A DNA stretch of 63,780 bases, counting the filler, from Nemertoderma westbladi (taxonomy: Eukaryota; Animalia; Xenacoelomorpha): assembly GCA_032718475.1 (NCBI GenBank). It is 4 parts of 4 records of this genome, joined end to end, with 100 filler letters (N's around TTAATTAATTAA, not from the genome) between each part and the next. Parts side by side here need not be neighbours in the genome. Positions count along the whole stretch, not along the records: positions 12,530 to 28,603 come from JAUCBJ010005439.1; positions 28,704 to 53,911 come from JAUCBJ010004987.1; 2 more parts are not named here. One strand, 5' to 3'. Shown piece after piece: positions 23,971 through 36,164 of this stretch (position 1 is its first letter; every line of letters starts with the position of its first letter). Under the pieces are notes generated by a model. The model had not been told where the DNA came from, did not search any database, and was given only the letters and a program-made list of their open reading frames with translations. The position numbers and the translations under genes are program-made.

Positions 23971-25108
23971 CTGCCAATACAATTCCAATACAAATAATTA
24001 GGCCCTAGTGAAATATATCAGTTGCAGTTCACTCCGATGTGAAGTACCAGACTTCCCGTTAATATTTTTCACCCTGCACCCCATGTGAAGAATACCAGGT
24101 TTCACTAAAAGCAGTGGATACAGAAGGGCTGAAACTAAATGAAACAAAAAAGGAATTAGTACCTGTTGGCCTACAGAAGAGCATTAAAACACTTAATATT
24201 GATAAATTTAAAAAATACATACTCTTCATATATAAAATGTCAATAAAATTCCGAACAAAAAGTAAAAACCTGGTATTCTTATAACTTAGGCTAATATTAA
24301 TTATTAAGTTAAGGTGGCGTTCACAACTTTGATCACATTAAGTTTTGATACTGTAGATCGATTTCTATGCCGGTGTAAACATTATCATTCTAAAATTATT
24401 GAAGTTGAAAGATGTCCTTCCATCGCTTGGGGTAATTTATTAGAAATAACAAATTGTTCCAAATTATTTTAACCAATATTTAGGACCCCGCTTGACAGCG
24501 GGATACTTACTATAAGAATCTCAGGGATACTTTCTGTAAAAATCTCAGGATACATTACACTGACTGACATACTGACTGACTGATAATTATCTAGGTTAAG
24601 GCACTTCCTGCCTGGCGATTTTGATGAAATTTTGCAAGTACATTGCTTTGGTGGTTCATAATCGCGTTACAAAATTTCAGATCGATTCTATGTGTGGTAT
24701 TCGATATATTTAGTTTTTTGACATTGTTTTGTCGCGAAATTAAAAGCAATGGTAAAATAACAGCTGGTGTTCATGATGAAATATGGCTTAATATGTTATA
24801 CACAGTCATAGAAAAACGTGTTGGTTGCCAAGTTTTACTAGTAGGTATGGCGTAATGGCCGATAGTAGGGCCTATTACAGGGGAATCAGGGGGACCTACC
24901 GGAATGAGAGAGTCTGTTAGTCTGTTGTGAGTTGGTGGTTGTTTTTACCTGAGTACTGCAGTTAGGCAGACCGAAGTACCGGTACTGGCCTATTAATATA
25001 CATACAGACAGATATATATTTTGCACTCGGTTTTTACCGTTATATTATCGCCGAAAGCTAACCGGGCCTATCTGTTTGATATTTGACATTTGATAATAGA
25101 ATACTACC

Positions 25109-25972
25109 ATGGCTCCGAAATTATCGGACTATGTGCGAAACTATGACGGGACGGGGGACCCCTGCGCTTGGCTCACAACATTTGAAGATACATTTGACAT
25201 CCTTAAGGTAGAGGCGAAACTCAATGAAGGAAGCCGAGCAACGTACCTTCGACTGTTGTTGAAGGGGGCCGCTCAGGACGTTGTTGCGCAGTTATCGGAC
25301 GCGGAGAAAGGAGATTACGAGGCGATAAAAAGCAAACTTATCGCTGCATTTGCTGATACCCCATATGCGGCTTTCGATAAGTTCAAATCAAGAATTTTGG
25401 GCGATGAACCCGCCGATTCCTTCCTGGCAGATCTGCGCCGACTGCTGTCGCTAGTAACTATAGATTCCGGAAGTCAGTGTGCGAGGGATTTGCTGGCAGT
25501 GCAGTTCGCAAACGGATTACCGGATTGCATACGAATGGAAGTGAAGGCCATGGCGGGTAAGGTTAGAGTAGAGGAGTTACTGGAACAGGCGCGAAGAATG
25601 CTGGTTGAAAGAAGTTCAGGTGAGAAACGGTACGGAGCAGCCGGGGTGCCCAGCCGACGCGAATCTGGAGGAAGGGCGGGACAACAGTTGGTCGAGTGCT
25701 ACCGGTGCAGGAAGACGGGGCACTTCGCACGGGACTGTATGAGTCAGAGTTCAAGGGGCGGAGGAGGATCGAGAACCGGGTCGGAAGGAGGATCGAGAAC
25801 CGGGTCGGAAGGTAGCAGTATGACGTGTTACAAGTGCGGCCAGATTGGCCATATTGCTCGAGGTTGCAGAGGTGGAAGAATAGAAGGCGGAGCTGTGGGG
25901 TTTTCTGACCAGTCGGAAAACTACCAGGGGGAGACGTTGTCGCAGCCCACGGGCGTCTCCCCACGAAATTAA
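25109..25972 (+). CDS. gag: Ty3/gypsy-type gag with two CCHC zinc knuckles
   Basis: CYRCRKTGHFARDC and CYKCGQIGHIARGC, preceded by a capsid-like N-terminus. Confidence 0.92.
   Translation: MAPKLSDYVRNYDGTGDPCAWLTTFEDTFDILKVEAKLNEGSRATYLRLLLKGAAQDVVAQLSDAEKGDYEAIKSKLIAAFADTPYAAFDKFKSRILGDEPADSFLADLRRLLSLVTIDSGSQCARDLLAVQFANGLPDCIRMEVKAMAGKVRVEELLEQARRMLVERSSGEKRYGAAGVPSRRESGGRAGQQLVECYRCRKTGHFARDCMSQSSRGGGGSRTGSEGGSRTGSEGSSMTCYKCGQIGHIARGCRGGRIEGGAVGFSDQSENYQGETLSQPTGVSPRN
25915..25962 (+). promoter_or_regulatory. -1 programmed ribosomal frameshift signal (slippery heptamer plus stem-loop)
   Basis: G GAA AAC at 25915-25921 in the gag frame, a 6-nt spacer, then a perfect 9-bp stem GGGGAGACG (25928-25936) / CGTCTCCCC (25954-25962). 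The -1 frame is open into the protease. Confidence 0.78.
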
Positions 25973-28603
25973 TACCTAGTGTTAGTATATACGTTAAGGG
26001 CAAACAGGGAGGTATCGGTGCCGAGATTATAGTGGACACAGGATGTAGTCGAAGCTTAGTGGCAATCGATTGGTGCGTAAGGAACAAAATTTGCGTAAAC
26101 CGGAGTGGACAGCAAACTATGATTACTATGTTGGATGGAAAAACGCAAAGCCGGGTTGTGGGGACGGTGCATTTAGCACTGATCGAGATTGCCGGGAGGA
26201 AACACGATATTGAGTGGTCATTCTTAGTCGTCGAAAATCTGCTAGGGGAATCTGGAAGCTTGATTATGGGCCATGACTTAATAAAACGAGTTGGGGCTCC
26301 AACATTAGCCCAGGCGGTATTTGGCGCTGGGGGTAGAGCAGAGAAAATAAACACACCGACTTCTGAGGAGTTCAGCGCTCGGGTACGAGTCACGGGAGCG
26401 AAGCTAGGCAGTGGAAAAATAGTCATAGAAGAATCAGACTTCCGAGCAGAATATGATGGTGATCACTGGGTCGCGAATTGGAAATGGAAGAACGGGCAAA
26501 GCCCCAAACTTAATAACAATGTTTCCCAGTATAAAATTAAGGAGGAACATCAGGAAATGTTCGACACAGCAATGGAAGATTGGAAAAAGAAGAGATGGAT
26601 TGTACCTTACGATGTAAGAGTTCACGGTAAAGTACAGGGAACTATTCCATTAATGGGAAAGTTTGAACCCAAAAAGAATAGAGTGAGGCCGATATTAGAC
26701 TATAGAGAACTCAACACGCATATTGAAAACTCCCCTGGGCTGGAAGCCGCAGTCTGTGGCGATAAACTTCGTAAATGGAGGCGAATGGGTCATAACACCG
26801 CGGTTATCGACTTGAAATGGGCCTACATGCAGGTTGGGATTGTAGAATCACTCCAGTCATATCAAACAGTCATCTATAAAGGGATTAGATATGTAGTAAC
26901 GAAAATGGGCTTTGGGTTGGGAGTCGCGCCAAAGATTATGGATAAGATTGTAGAGCACTCTCTGGCCCAAGATGATAGGATAAAGGATTCATGTGATAAT
27001 TTCAGAGACGATATTTATGTTGATACTGACAACGTGATGACGGAATCAGTCCGGGAACACATGCTAAAATATGGTTTACTGACGAAGGATGCAGAACCAG
27101 TCGTGGCTGGCAGCCGTGTTCTGGGTATTCGGATGGATAAAGGGGATTGGAACAAGTTGCACTGGACCAGAGACACTCCAATCACAGACGATATACCAAA
27201 TGTGTTAACGCGACGACAGCTACACGCGATTTGTGGAAAACTCAGGGGGCACTACCCGGTCGCCGGTTGGTTGCGTCCCGCGTGCGCCTGGCTGCAGTGA
27301 TGCAGCTCTGGAATAGGGTGGGACATTCCAGTGAGCGATGGAGTGAAAGCGCGCCTGCAAGAGACTTTAACACGAATCCAAACGGACGACCCAGTGGCAG
27401 GGGAGTGGCTGGTTCCTAAAACCGACAAGGGTGAAGTGTGGACAGATTCAAGTTCGATCGCTAAAGGAGTCGTTCTGAAAGTGGGCGGTGTTATAGCAGA
27501 AGATATGGCGTGTCTCCGCAAACTAAAAGATACAAGCCATATCAACGTGGCGGAATTGGATGCCGCAGTGGAAGGAGTGAACCTCGCAATTGACTGGGGG
27601 TTGAAAGAGTTCGATTTGGTCGTAGACTCGGCGACTGCATTTAGTTGGATCCATGCTGTAATCAACGACTCTCATCGGGTTAAAACAAAGGGCCAGTCTC
27701 GAAAACTGATAGCCAGGAGACTCGACATATTGGCCAATACCATAGAACAATACAACCTAAAAGTAACTCCGCGGTTAGTTGCCACAGAAAAGAACATCGC
27801 TGACCCACTGACCCGGATACCGAAGCCTTGGTTGAAGTTAATACAGAAGGATGGTATCCATGAAGATGCAGAGAAACCCGTTGCGGCCGTGGGGATGGAA
27901 GAAGAACTTCTGCGGAGTAGAGTGAAGAAACTACATTCAATCGCACATCAAGGAGTCGAGAGGACAATGGAGTTGTGCAAAAATGATCGAATTATAAAAG
28001 AACCTGTGCCCAGGCATATTATCCGTGAGGTGTGCATTGAATGCACACTATGCAACAGCATAGATCCGAACCCAATACAATGGAAACCTGGGACGACAAA
28101 AGTAACTGAGGCATGGCGTAGAATTTCAACGGACTTCACTGAATATGGAAACCGTCATTATCTAAGTATAATAGACTGCGCAACTAATTATACAATGTTC
28201 CGAAGAGTTCCGAACATGCAAGCCTACTCAGTGGTTAGAGAAATGCAACAAGTATTCACTGAATTTGGTCCACCGGATGAAGTATTATCGGATCAAGGTC
28301 CAGCTTTTAGAAGCGAGACGTTTAAAGATTTACTCAACTTATGGGAGATTGACCACGTTCCAGTTTGCGCTTACCGCCCAACTGGCAATCTAGTTGAAAG
28401 GGTCCACCGCACTGTAAAAAAGTGGGCTGCGCGCACCGGGAAGACACCTGAAATAGCCGCTTTCTGGTATAACCAGACATGTCGCAGGGGGGCGCAGAAG
28501 AGTCCAGCAGTCCAGTTGTTTGAAGGGTTAGCAAAACGGACGCGCAAATGGCCAGGGGTGACACCACTGAAAGTGAGAGAGGAAAGCGAGGAACATATAC
28601 CAA
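25915..28603 (+). mobile_element. pol: Ty3/gypsy-type pol (PR-RT-RH-IN), one in-frame TGA at 27298-27300, cut by the contig end
   Basis: PR IIVDTGCS; RT RPILDYRELN, VIDLKWAY, MGFGLGVAP, FRDD; RH VWTDSS, HINVAELDA, VDS, NIADPLTR; IN HHCC plus STDFT, LSDQGPAF, VERVHRTVK. Confidence 0.92.
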
Positions 28604-28703
28604 NNNNNNNNNNNNNNNNNNNNNNNNNNNNNNNNNNNNNNNNNNNNTTAATTAATTAANNNNNNNNNNNNNNNNNNNNNNNNNNNNNNNNNNNNNNNNN
28701 NNN
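28604..28703. other. Artificial contig linker
   Basis: 44 N + TTAATTAATTAA + 44 N. Confidence 0.97.
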
Positions 28704-29760
28704 CTCAAGAGTAGCAGGGACGCCACAGCTGATGAGCGCCCGGCGCACAATGTCGTTCAACATTGAGTGGCGCGGAAGTCTGTCGAGGCTCCTTGAGCAG
28801 GAAAGACCATGGAGGCCATCCGACAGAACATCCTTGCCACACCAGGCACAGCTGTGGGGCTCGGTCAGCCTACACCCTAGCCCTAGACGAGTGCCGACCG
28901 AAATCCGGAACTGCGACTCCGTCAGCTTCAGTCCCAGAGAGCTGACGGGGATGGCGTCAAGCCAACAGCCTGCGGCGGGGTGGTCCAGGGAGGTGGGAGG
29001 GCCCCGGATGGTGGGAGGGACTCCCGCAGGGCTTTTAGCCTGGCGTCGTGGACAGGGGCCAGGAAGACCCACTATTTGGTTGCCGCGAGCGGGAAGGCAG
29101 CGGGGACAGGTGGCGTCGCTGATGGTGGCGGTAGCATCGCAGGTGGTGGTGGCGTCGCGGATGGTGGCGTTGTGGACGGTGACGGTGGCGTCGCGGGTGG
29201 TGGCGTCGCGGTTGGTGGTGGTGTCGCGGATGGTCGTGGTGGCGTCGCGGGTGGTGGTGGCGTCGCGGATGGTGGCGTTGTGGACGGTGACGGTGGCGTC
29301 GCGGGTGGTGGCGTCGCGGTTGGTGGTGGTGTCGCGGATGGTCGTGGTGGCGTCGCGGGTGGTGGTGGCGTCGCGGACGGTGGTGGTGGCGTCGTTGATG
29401 GAGGTGGTGGCGTCGCGGTTGGTGGTGGTGGTGGCGTCGCGGACGGTGGTGGGTGGTGGTGGTGGTGGCATCGCAGACGGTGGGGGTGGCGTCGCAGACA
29501 GTGGCAGTGGCGTCGTGGGTGGTTGCGGTGGCGTAGCAGACGAGTTGTGGAAAGTCATCGACCCACGCAGCGAGGGGCACGGTTGTAGCAGGGGGAAGGG
29601 GCGTCCACTGGAGACTCAAAGAGGGAGTAGGAGAGACCAGAGCAGGCAGCCGCACAAGCCAGGAAGGCGGAAGATGCGATCTGCACAGCTGAGGTCAATC
29701 CAAGACCCCGCAACGGGCAGGCAAACAGGATTGAGCCCACGCGGAGTCATCCATTATTTT
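28704..29760 (-). mobile_element. CRE-clade retrotransposon fragment interrupted by a GC-rich tandem repeat
   Basis: GLGLTSAVQIASSAFLA, AAGCWLDAIP..LGLKLTESQFRISVGTRLG, C..C...DGLHGLSC and RHSMLNDIVRRALISCGVPATLE; homologous to 5101-5700. Confidence 0.85.
29108..29540. repeat. GC-rich compound tandem repeat built on GGTGGCGTCGCG
   Basis: Direct inspection; it produces the RDATTT, VVASR and PRRHHH low-complexity ORFs in many frames. Confidence 0.92.
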
Positions 29761-30030
29761 GCAGTAATGAGTAAGAACTGCACCCCTATTAGGCCACTTA
29801 TTCTATTTTAGCTCTAATACAGTAGTAATATTCATTGATAAGGGGCGTTACTTAACGTTGAAAAATATTTGAAATAATATTATATTGTAATTACATTATT
29901 AAACGTTCCATTTTATAATAACAAACTATAACTACATTTTATTTCCACCTGTTTTCGACCTCGAACAATTATTATATAATATTTTAAAATTAAAACACTT
30001 AGATGATGTTATTTAAATAAAACTTTTTAG

Positions 30031-30192
30031 TTGACGGAGGGTGGGGTGAATGGGGACGTTGGATGAGTGACACCCAAGGGGAATGTGGTGCAGGACAAAC
30101 TGTAGTATCGACAAGGTATTGTGCGAATCCTATACCGACCCCTAACGGAACCCCTTGTAGTGGAATGTCTACACGATGCAGTACTGATCAAG
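30031..30192 (+). CDS. Thrombospondin type-1 (TSR) exon, 162 bp, phase 1-1, of a TSP1 + F-type lectin gene
   Basis: TTTTTAG| VDGGWGEWGRWMSDTQGECGAGQTVVSTRYCANPIPTPNGTPCSGMSTRCSTDQ |GTTAGT. Confidence 0.85.
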
Positions 30193-30789
30193 GTTAGTAT
30201 ATAAATGAATATATTCGTGCAATAATTTTATCTTTGATAAAACATGGAGTACTTTTAAATTACTATCACTCTTCTGTATAAAAATTATATGCAACATGCC
30301 CGTCATTCATCATGATAAATATATTATACGCACATCATACTGTAGTTGAGAGACTGGGCTGGACTGTTTATTATAGGAAGGGATTAACCTTGAATGATAA
30401 GTTTATTTTACAGAAAATAACTTATCTTTTATTGGCGCAATTGTAGGACTAATCCCATCACATCCCGACACTGTGCTGTACAGGACATTTCCAGAACTTT
30501 CAACAAATGATACATTAGAGGTCTGCTCTTTTTGGACAACCTTATTATACAGAAAATTTTAAGACTACAGTGTAAAATAAACTGACCCATTCTTATAGAT
30601 GTCTTATATTTTACATCCAACCATCATTCAAATATAAAGGACAGTGTATGTTGAGGCCAATTTTAGAGAACTAACAGGGTGTGTTCATATAAAACTTCTC
30701 GATAAGACACGTAATATAATATTGTAAATAAATTAAAAGCTAATGGTTATCCAATAAGAGTAATATACTGTATAACAGTAGACGCAAGG

Positions 30790-32600
30790 TTAATATAAAA
30801 TACGTTACTCGGGAGAAAGATAAACAGACACGAGACAAAATAGAGGTTTACATTGGTTCGGCGTGGGCATATGTAACGGTTTTACTGAAAAGTTGGATGT
30901 ATGGGGTGGCGGGGTCCTATTCTAGAACAGGATATAAATTATCAAGTTATCCATGCAAAGAACATAAGCCACATTCCGGTGTTCGGTCACTTCCCCCCGG
31001 ACAGTTCCCCCCCGCTCAAGTAGGACACTTCCCCCCGGACACTTCCCCCCCGGACACTTCCCCCCGGACAGTTCCCCCCGTTCAAGTAGGACACTTCCCC
31101 CCGGACACTTCCCCCAGACACTTCCCCCCCGGACACTCTCCCCCGGACAGTTTCCCCCCGTTCAAGTAGGACACTTCCCCCCCGGACACCCCCCCGGACA
31201 CTTCCCCCCCGACTGTTCTTTACTTCGCACATTCGTATTTTTCATTTTGTAAGGTAAACTGAACGCTTGTATCCAGACAAGTTGTATCCAATTTTGCTTT
31301 CGTAGCTCAGAAAGTGATCTTTTGCATCCCGATTTTACATTTTATATCCAAGTTTTATTTATGGGTTTTATCAATGCAATTACATCGTATTGTTTGCTAA
31401 TCTTTAAACAATTAATTAGATGACCTATAAACTCCATCCCCCGAATGCTGTTGTTATTAACTATAGAATTATAATAATTAATTGTTTTAATTATAGGTAT
31501 TATTATGTAATAGTCTTCTTCAAATTGTAGCAGATGGGGATGAATATTATTGTTGCAATCAAAATTATACCTCTCCAGGGTAAAATCGACATGCGTCGAC
31601 CTGTATTATGTGTTCAGCATTACATATTGATATACATATTACTATACATACTATATATATGGATATTATACACACTACATATTAAATTTCCTGGTTACTT
31701 GCATATTTTTAATAGGATTTTGTTGAATATAATATTGTAGTAATTTATATATTAATTTGGTTAACATTCAATACAGCTCCTACTTTAGGCTTAGTCAATT
31801 TATTATCTGGTGATACAAACATGAATTGATTATTTAAAATGGTCTCAAAGTCTTTCACCACGGGCACTCAGGGAAATGCAGCCCCCAAGAAAAGAAGCGG
31901 GGGTCTGCGGGCGGCAGCCCTCAAGAAAAGAAGCGGGGGTTTGGGGGCGGCAGCCCCCAATTAAATGAAAAACAAACAAAATTTGACTATAAAAATGTTT
32001 CTTTTATAATTTTGAAAAAACTTGTCTAGATACAACTTGTCCTGTAACCATCTTTAACTTTTGTTTATTGTTTTGATGCACCCAGATTAATTTTAACACT
32101 TTAACTGGGGGGGAAGTGTCCGGGGGGCAAGTGTCCGGGGGGGAAGTGTCCGGGCGGGAAATGTCCTAGATCCCACATTCCGATTCTCCGGGAGTAGACT
32201 ATATGCGACGGATAACAGTTTGAGGTGTAATTTCAAACATGTGAGTAGCTGCAATGTGTCTGTTGGCCAGATAGTTCTTGAGTCTGCAGCTGTAGTCCAG
32301 GCTGTATAAAAGAGTCATTTTCAGCTATTGATGCATAACTTGGCTTCAAGTCCAGGTTGTTCTGTTCAATTACAACAGCAGCCACCCCATGTGTAGGTTG
32401 AGGAGAGTGTTCTTCGCTTTGATGGTGTCTTCTCCAGCATCACTCGTATTGCCCAATGTGACAGTGATGTCATCGCGCATACATACTCAGTGAATCATTT
32501 TTCTTCATGATTCGATATTCTTTTTTCCTTTGACAACATTGTCTAGGACGATCAGTTTATCTTGAAGTTTAATGAACCATTCTGTCATAATACAGCAATA
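30790..32600 (-). mobile_element. Highly decayed LINE RT remnant, split by the MITE at 30978-32173
   Basis: A MY(A)DDITV-like motif near 32460-32485 on the minus strand; little else is recognisable. Confidence 0.35.
30978..32173. mobile_element. Mutator-like non-autonomous element with repeat-built TIRs
   Basis: Left arm (GGACACTTCCCCCC)n, right arm (GGGGGGAAGTGTCC)n. Flanked by the direct repeat CCACATTCC(G) at 30969 and 32173 (8-10-bp TSD; the boundary is ambiguous by 1 bp). Confidence 0.82.
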
Positions 32601-32984
32601 AAATTATAGGATAAAATGTTTTTATAAAATATAATGGTCGTGATTACAGGATTAGGATCAAATTCTAGAATTAATATTCAACTTGAAATTAACACCAATC
32701 TATCTAAAGAAGAGATTTTCATCATTGATTAAAGGTTCGTAATTGTTATAATAAGAACCAACAGTTAGCATGTGTGATGAATTCTATTGATTCTATCTAT
32801 GAATCCACATTCTATTAGCAGCCACGCCCTTAATTCAGTCACCAGATGGTTATATATGCTTAACATTATCAATAAAATATCAATAATATTAATACCTCAA
32901 ATAAATGTAAAGGTCCATAATTTTGTAATAAACATAAAATTACATGAATAACTATTAGATATATAATTGTTTTTCCGTTCCTAG

Positions 32985-33034
32985 TGGCTGCTGAATCAGC
33001 TGGTAATATTGCTCGGAACAAACCAACGGGAGGG
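32985..33034 (+). CDS. F-type lectin gene exon (50 bp, phase 1-0), start of the FTP domain
   Basis: CCTAG| VAAESAGNIARNKPTGG |GTGAGT. NIA..KP is the usual start of an F-lectin domain, and the phases fit both neighbouring exons. Confidence 0.8.
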
Positions 33035-33429
33035 GTGAGTTTATTGTTACTGTATAAATAAATTAAAAAAAACTATTGAATTAAGTTTTATTACGTTCTA
33101 GGACGATTCGCACCAAAATTGGCCAAATCGGGTGTAAATTTTTCCAAAAATTATTTTCACTACCAGAATATAGTAAATAGAATTTTCTGAAAGGAGATTT
33201 TCTTTAGGAATTTCATGGGGCCCATGGACAAACACTTTTGCGCTGTTGAAAAAATTTATTTGGCATTTAAAATGAGTCCGCCCTGTAATGATTTGCCCGG
33301 CTTGTAATGCATACATTCAATGCTTACATGAATGCATAATTCTAGGTAAATGTATAATAATCCCCGTCTATAATTATATTTGAATAGTGAAAGATATCCA
33401 TTTATTATATTAAACATTATATATTACAT

Positions 33430-33990
33430 AGTGAATGTGATCCCAGTGCCATACATTACCAGGGGCGGACACCATTACAGGGCCGGTCACCGTGATTGAA
33501 TATTGTCTCTAGATTTGCAGTTTGCAGGAAAACGTTTTTACAGGAAAACGGTCTCGTGGAACGATTCCACCACCACCTAAAGTCCACCCTGTTGGCCTCG
33601 CTAACTGGCCCTGATTGGATCAACGTGTTGCCATTGGTCCTTCTCAGCATCCAAACTGCCTAGGATGACTTCACTGCGCCGCCGCTGCCTGGGCTGAGCT
33701 GGTGTCTGCGAGTTCCTTCCGCCGACTAAGGGGGGCCAGCAGCAATCACCGTCCCTCAACTATGGGAGTCTGTCGGCTGGTTCGCTCTGGTGCCAACATT
33801 GCACTATGGACTGACTCAGTCATCAGTTCTGTCAGACCTTCAAGAAGCCACGTACATATTCGTCCAGCGAGACACCAACTGATGTCATTCGAATGCCCCT
33901 ATGAAGGTCCCTTCAAGGTCCTAGAAAAAGGACTCTTCGATGTTTTAACTCCAAATGGGTAGTCAAACTGAAACTATTTCTGTCAACTGA
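33430..33990 (+). mobile_element. Decayed gypsy integrase remnant
   Basis: ENGLVERFHHHLKSTL..LTGPDWINVLPLVLLSIQTA and the GPY/F motif PYEGPFKVLEK. Confidence 0.75.
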
Positions 33991-34926
33991 CTGAATCCCC
34001 CCCACCTTGACCTTTTCAAGCTATGTACTCTCTGCCAGCCACGCTACCGAGGGCGGCCCCTGAACGCACCTCAAGAGCCTCCGTCACCGCCAGTAGTGCT
34101 TCCTCTTATGCCGCCAACCCCACTCTCCGAATCCATCCAAACTCGCTCAGGCTAAACGGTTCACCCTCCAGATTATTTGTGAACTGTAGACATACAGGAA
34201 ATACCCGCTAGGTGGCTCTGCTAGTCTTGGACTTTCAGCTACAAGGCTGCATGGCTTGTACATTTATAGTTATATACTTTAATTTCTTATAACTGAAACT
34301 CAGCTTAGGTTCCTGCATCTATTATTATTAGTTTGTTTGTTTGTGGCTGGCTGGGTTTGTGGCTAGAATGTTTGAATTCTAATACGTCGGTCAATTGAAC
34401 CAAACTTAGTATCTAGTTCTATCAAAAGTTTAGATATAAATTCTATTGATGAAATGGAACCAAACTTAGTATGTAGTAGATAGAAATTCTATGGATGAAA
34501 TGGAACCAAACTCGATACACATGTAGTCTATAAAAAGTTTAGAATTTATACACACTGACAGACTTTTATAGTTCCTCTGTATGCCGCTAGGGGTGAATTG
34601 AAAGAAACGTACACATAGCTGTAATTATATAACCAACTATCAGATTCATCTGAAATGTGATAATAGTAACGTATGAGCATTGCTATTATAAATTCTGCAC
34701 ACAGACAGACTTTTACAGTTCCTCTGTCTGCCTCTAGGGTGCGAATTGCCAGAGCTCAAGTTCATCGTGCTTGTACTATTAAATTATTTTGCATTATATT
34801 ATTACACAACTTCATTGTTTTACCAAGAAAAATATCTATGTAGTAATTATTAAATGGAAAATAAATTGTGATTTAACAGTTCAAACATACATTAATTAAG
34901 TTTGTTGCATTTTATTACTTTGATAG

Positions 34927-35130
34927 GACAGTGTAAGTCATGGTGGTTCACACAGCCGGGCAGTAGATGGAAACAGGAATGGTAACTGGGGCTGGAATTC
35001 TTGCAGCCACACTGACTACAACGGACCTAACTGGTGGTGGGTAGAACTTGGAGAGAACAGACCCGAAGTAGACACAGTCAAGTTGTACAATCGGCAGGAC
35101 TGTTGCTGGGATAGGATTCGTGGAAGTTCG
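34927..35130 (+). CDS. F-type lectin (fucolectin/FTP) core exon, 204 bp, phase 0-0
   Basis: GATAG| DSVSHGGSHSRAVDGNRNGNWGWNSCSHTDYNGPNWWWVELG...KLYNRQDCCWDRIRGSS |GTGAGT; carries the H...RxDxxxxR fucose-binding signature. Confidence 0.92.
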
Positions 35131-35489
35131 GTGAGTCGCATTGGCTATTTTGGTAAAGTTAGTATTAAATTGGAGGATTATAAGTAGTAGTAGTATATAT
35201 AGTAGTAGGTTGGCCTACAATAAAGGCGATATCATAAGCACTTAGGTACAATACTAGGAGCAATATACTGTAGTGTTCATAAATAATAGTAAAATATATG
35301 AGAGTATGTAAGAAGACGAATATTTTAGAATACACAAAAGGTAAACACCACCATAAGAACATTCACAGAGCAACTAGAAGACTAGCAAAAAAAAGTGAAA
35401 TTATGTATGATGTAATCGTGGTTCCAGTGGGAAAACGTATTCTAAGTATAAATAGAAGCGCAAACGTGATGAGATACATTTAAAAAATC

Positions 35490-36110
35490 CAAATGTTTCG
35501 ACATAATAAACTTTATATCATCTTTAGTGGATGAACAGGATACATAAATAGAATAACAAACAAACTGTACAAGAAAGTTTATACTACAGGAATTAAGATT
35601 ACGACTGATTAGTGTACAGACAGACTGGTAAATAGGCATACAGAAAATTATTGTATTGAGAATACTACGATAACGGGCAAAATGAAAGGGCTAAGAAACA
35701 TGTATGATACAAAAAACTAGTACAACAGAATACTCTGGAATAAAAGTAGTGAAAATGAGGTAAGGTGATTATTGTATTCTTTAATAAGTAAGTCGTAGTT
35801 TGAAGGGGTGGTTCCATGGAGAGTGAAGTCATTGTATGTAAAGCAGTGGTCGGATTCAGTAGCGCGATCGCGTACAGTGTGGAGTGTCAAGGAGGTTTTC
35901 CAGTTTGGACATATATTGCTAGATGTTCGAATAAGCGCACTTTATACCATCGTTTGGATTTACCAATGTTCAGTAAGTTACCTCCAAAGCTCTAAGGGGG
36001 TGTGAATTTGTGCAGGAAATTTTATTTATATAATTAGTCATTGCCATGTCAACCGGTTTGAATAATTTGGACTTTGACGGCCTTCCTTTGTATGCATAAC
36101 CAGGCATAAA
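35490..36110 (-). mobile_element. Penelope-like element 3' remnant (GIY-YIG endonuclease)
   Basis: NIGKSKRWYKVRLFEHLAIYVQTGKP, then after a frameshift TVRDRATESDHCFTYNDFTL...NYDLLIKE. A degenerate hammerhead-like motif lies downstream at about 35490-35530. Confidence 0.65.
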
Positions 36111-36164
36111 CCGGAGGTTCCTGTGAGATTGATATTCGATTATACTGTAAATCTAGGAGATTGA

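Noticed and set aside
27298-27300. Programmed readthrough or selenocysteine at the pol TGA
   Set aside because: The context TGA-TGC is not a recognised readthrough context, no SECIS was seen, and a single CGA>TGA mutation explains it.
25109-28603. Retron, DGR or other prokaryotic RT system
   Set aside because: All RTs in the window sit in standard eukaryotic LINE or LTR domain contexts, among spliceosomal genes.
28732-29811. Long overlapping ORFs suggesting mucin-like or Gly/His-rich proteins
   Set aside because: Stop-free frames arise from the GC-rich tandem repeat within a decayed CRE element.
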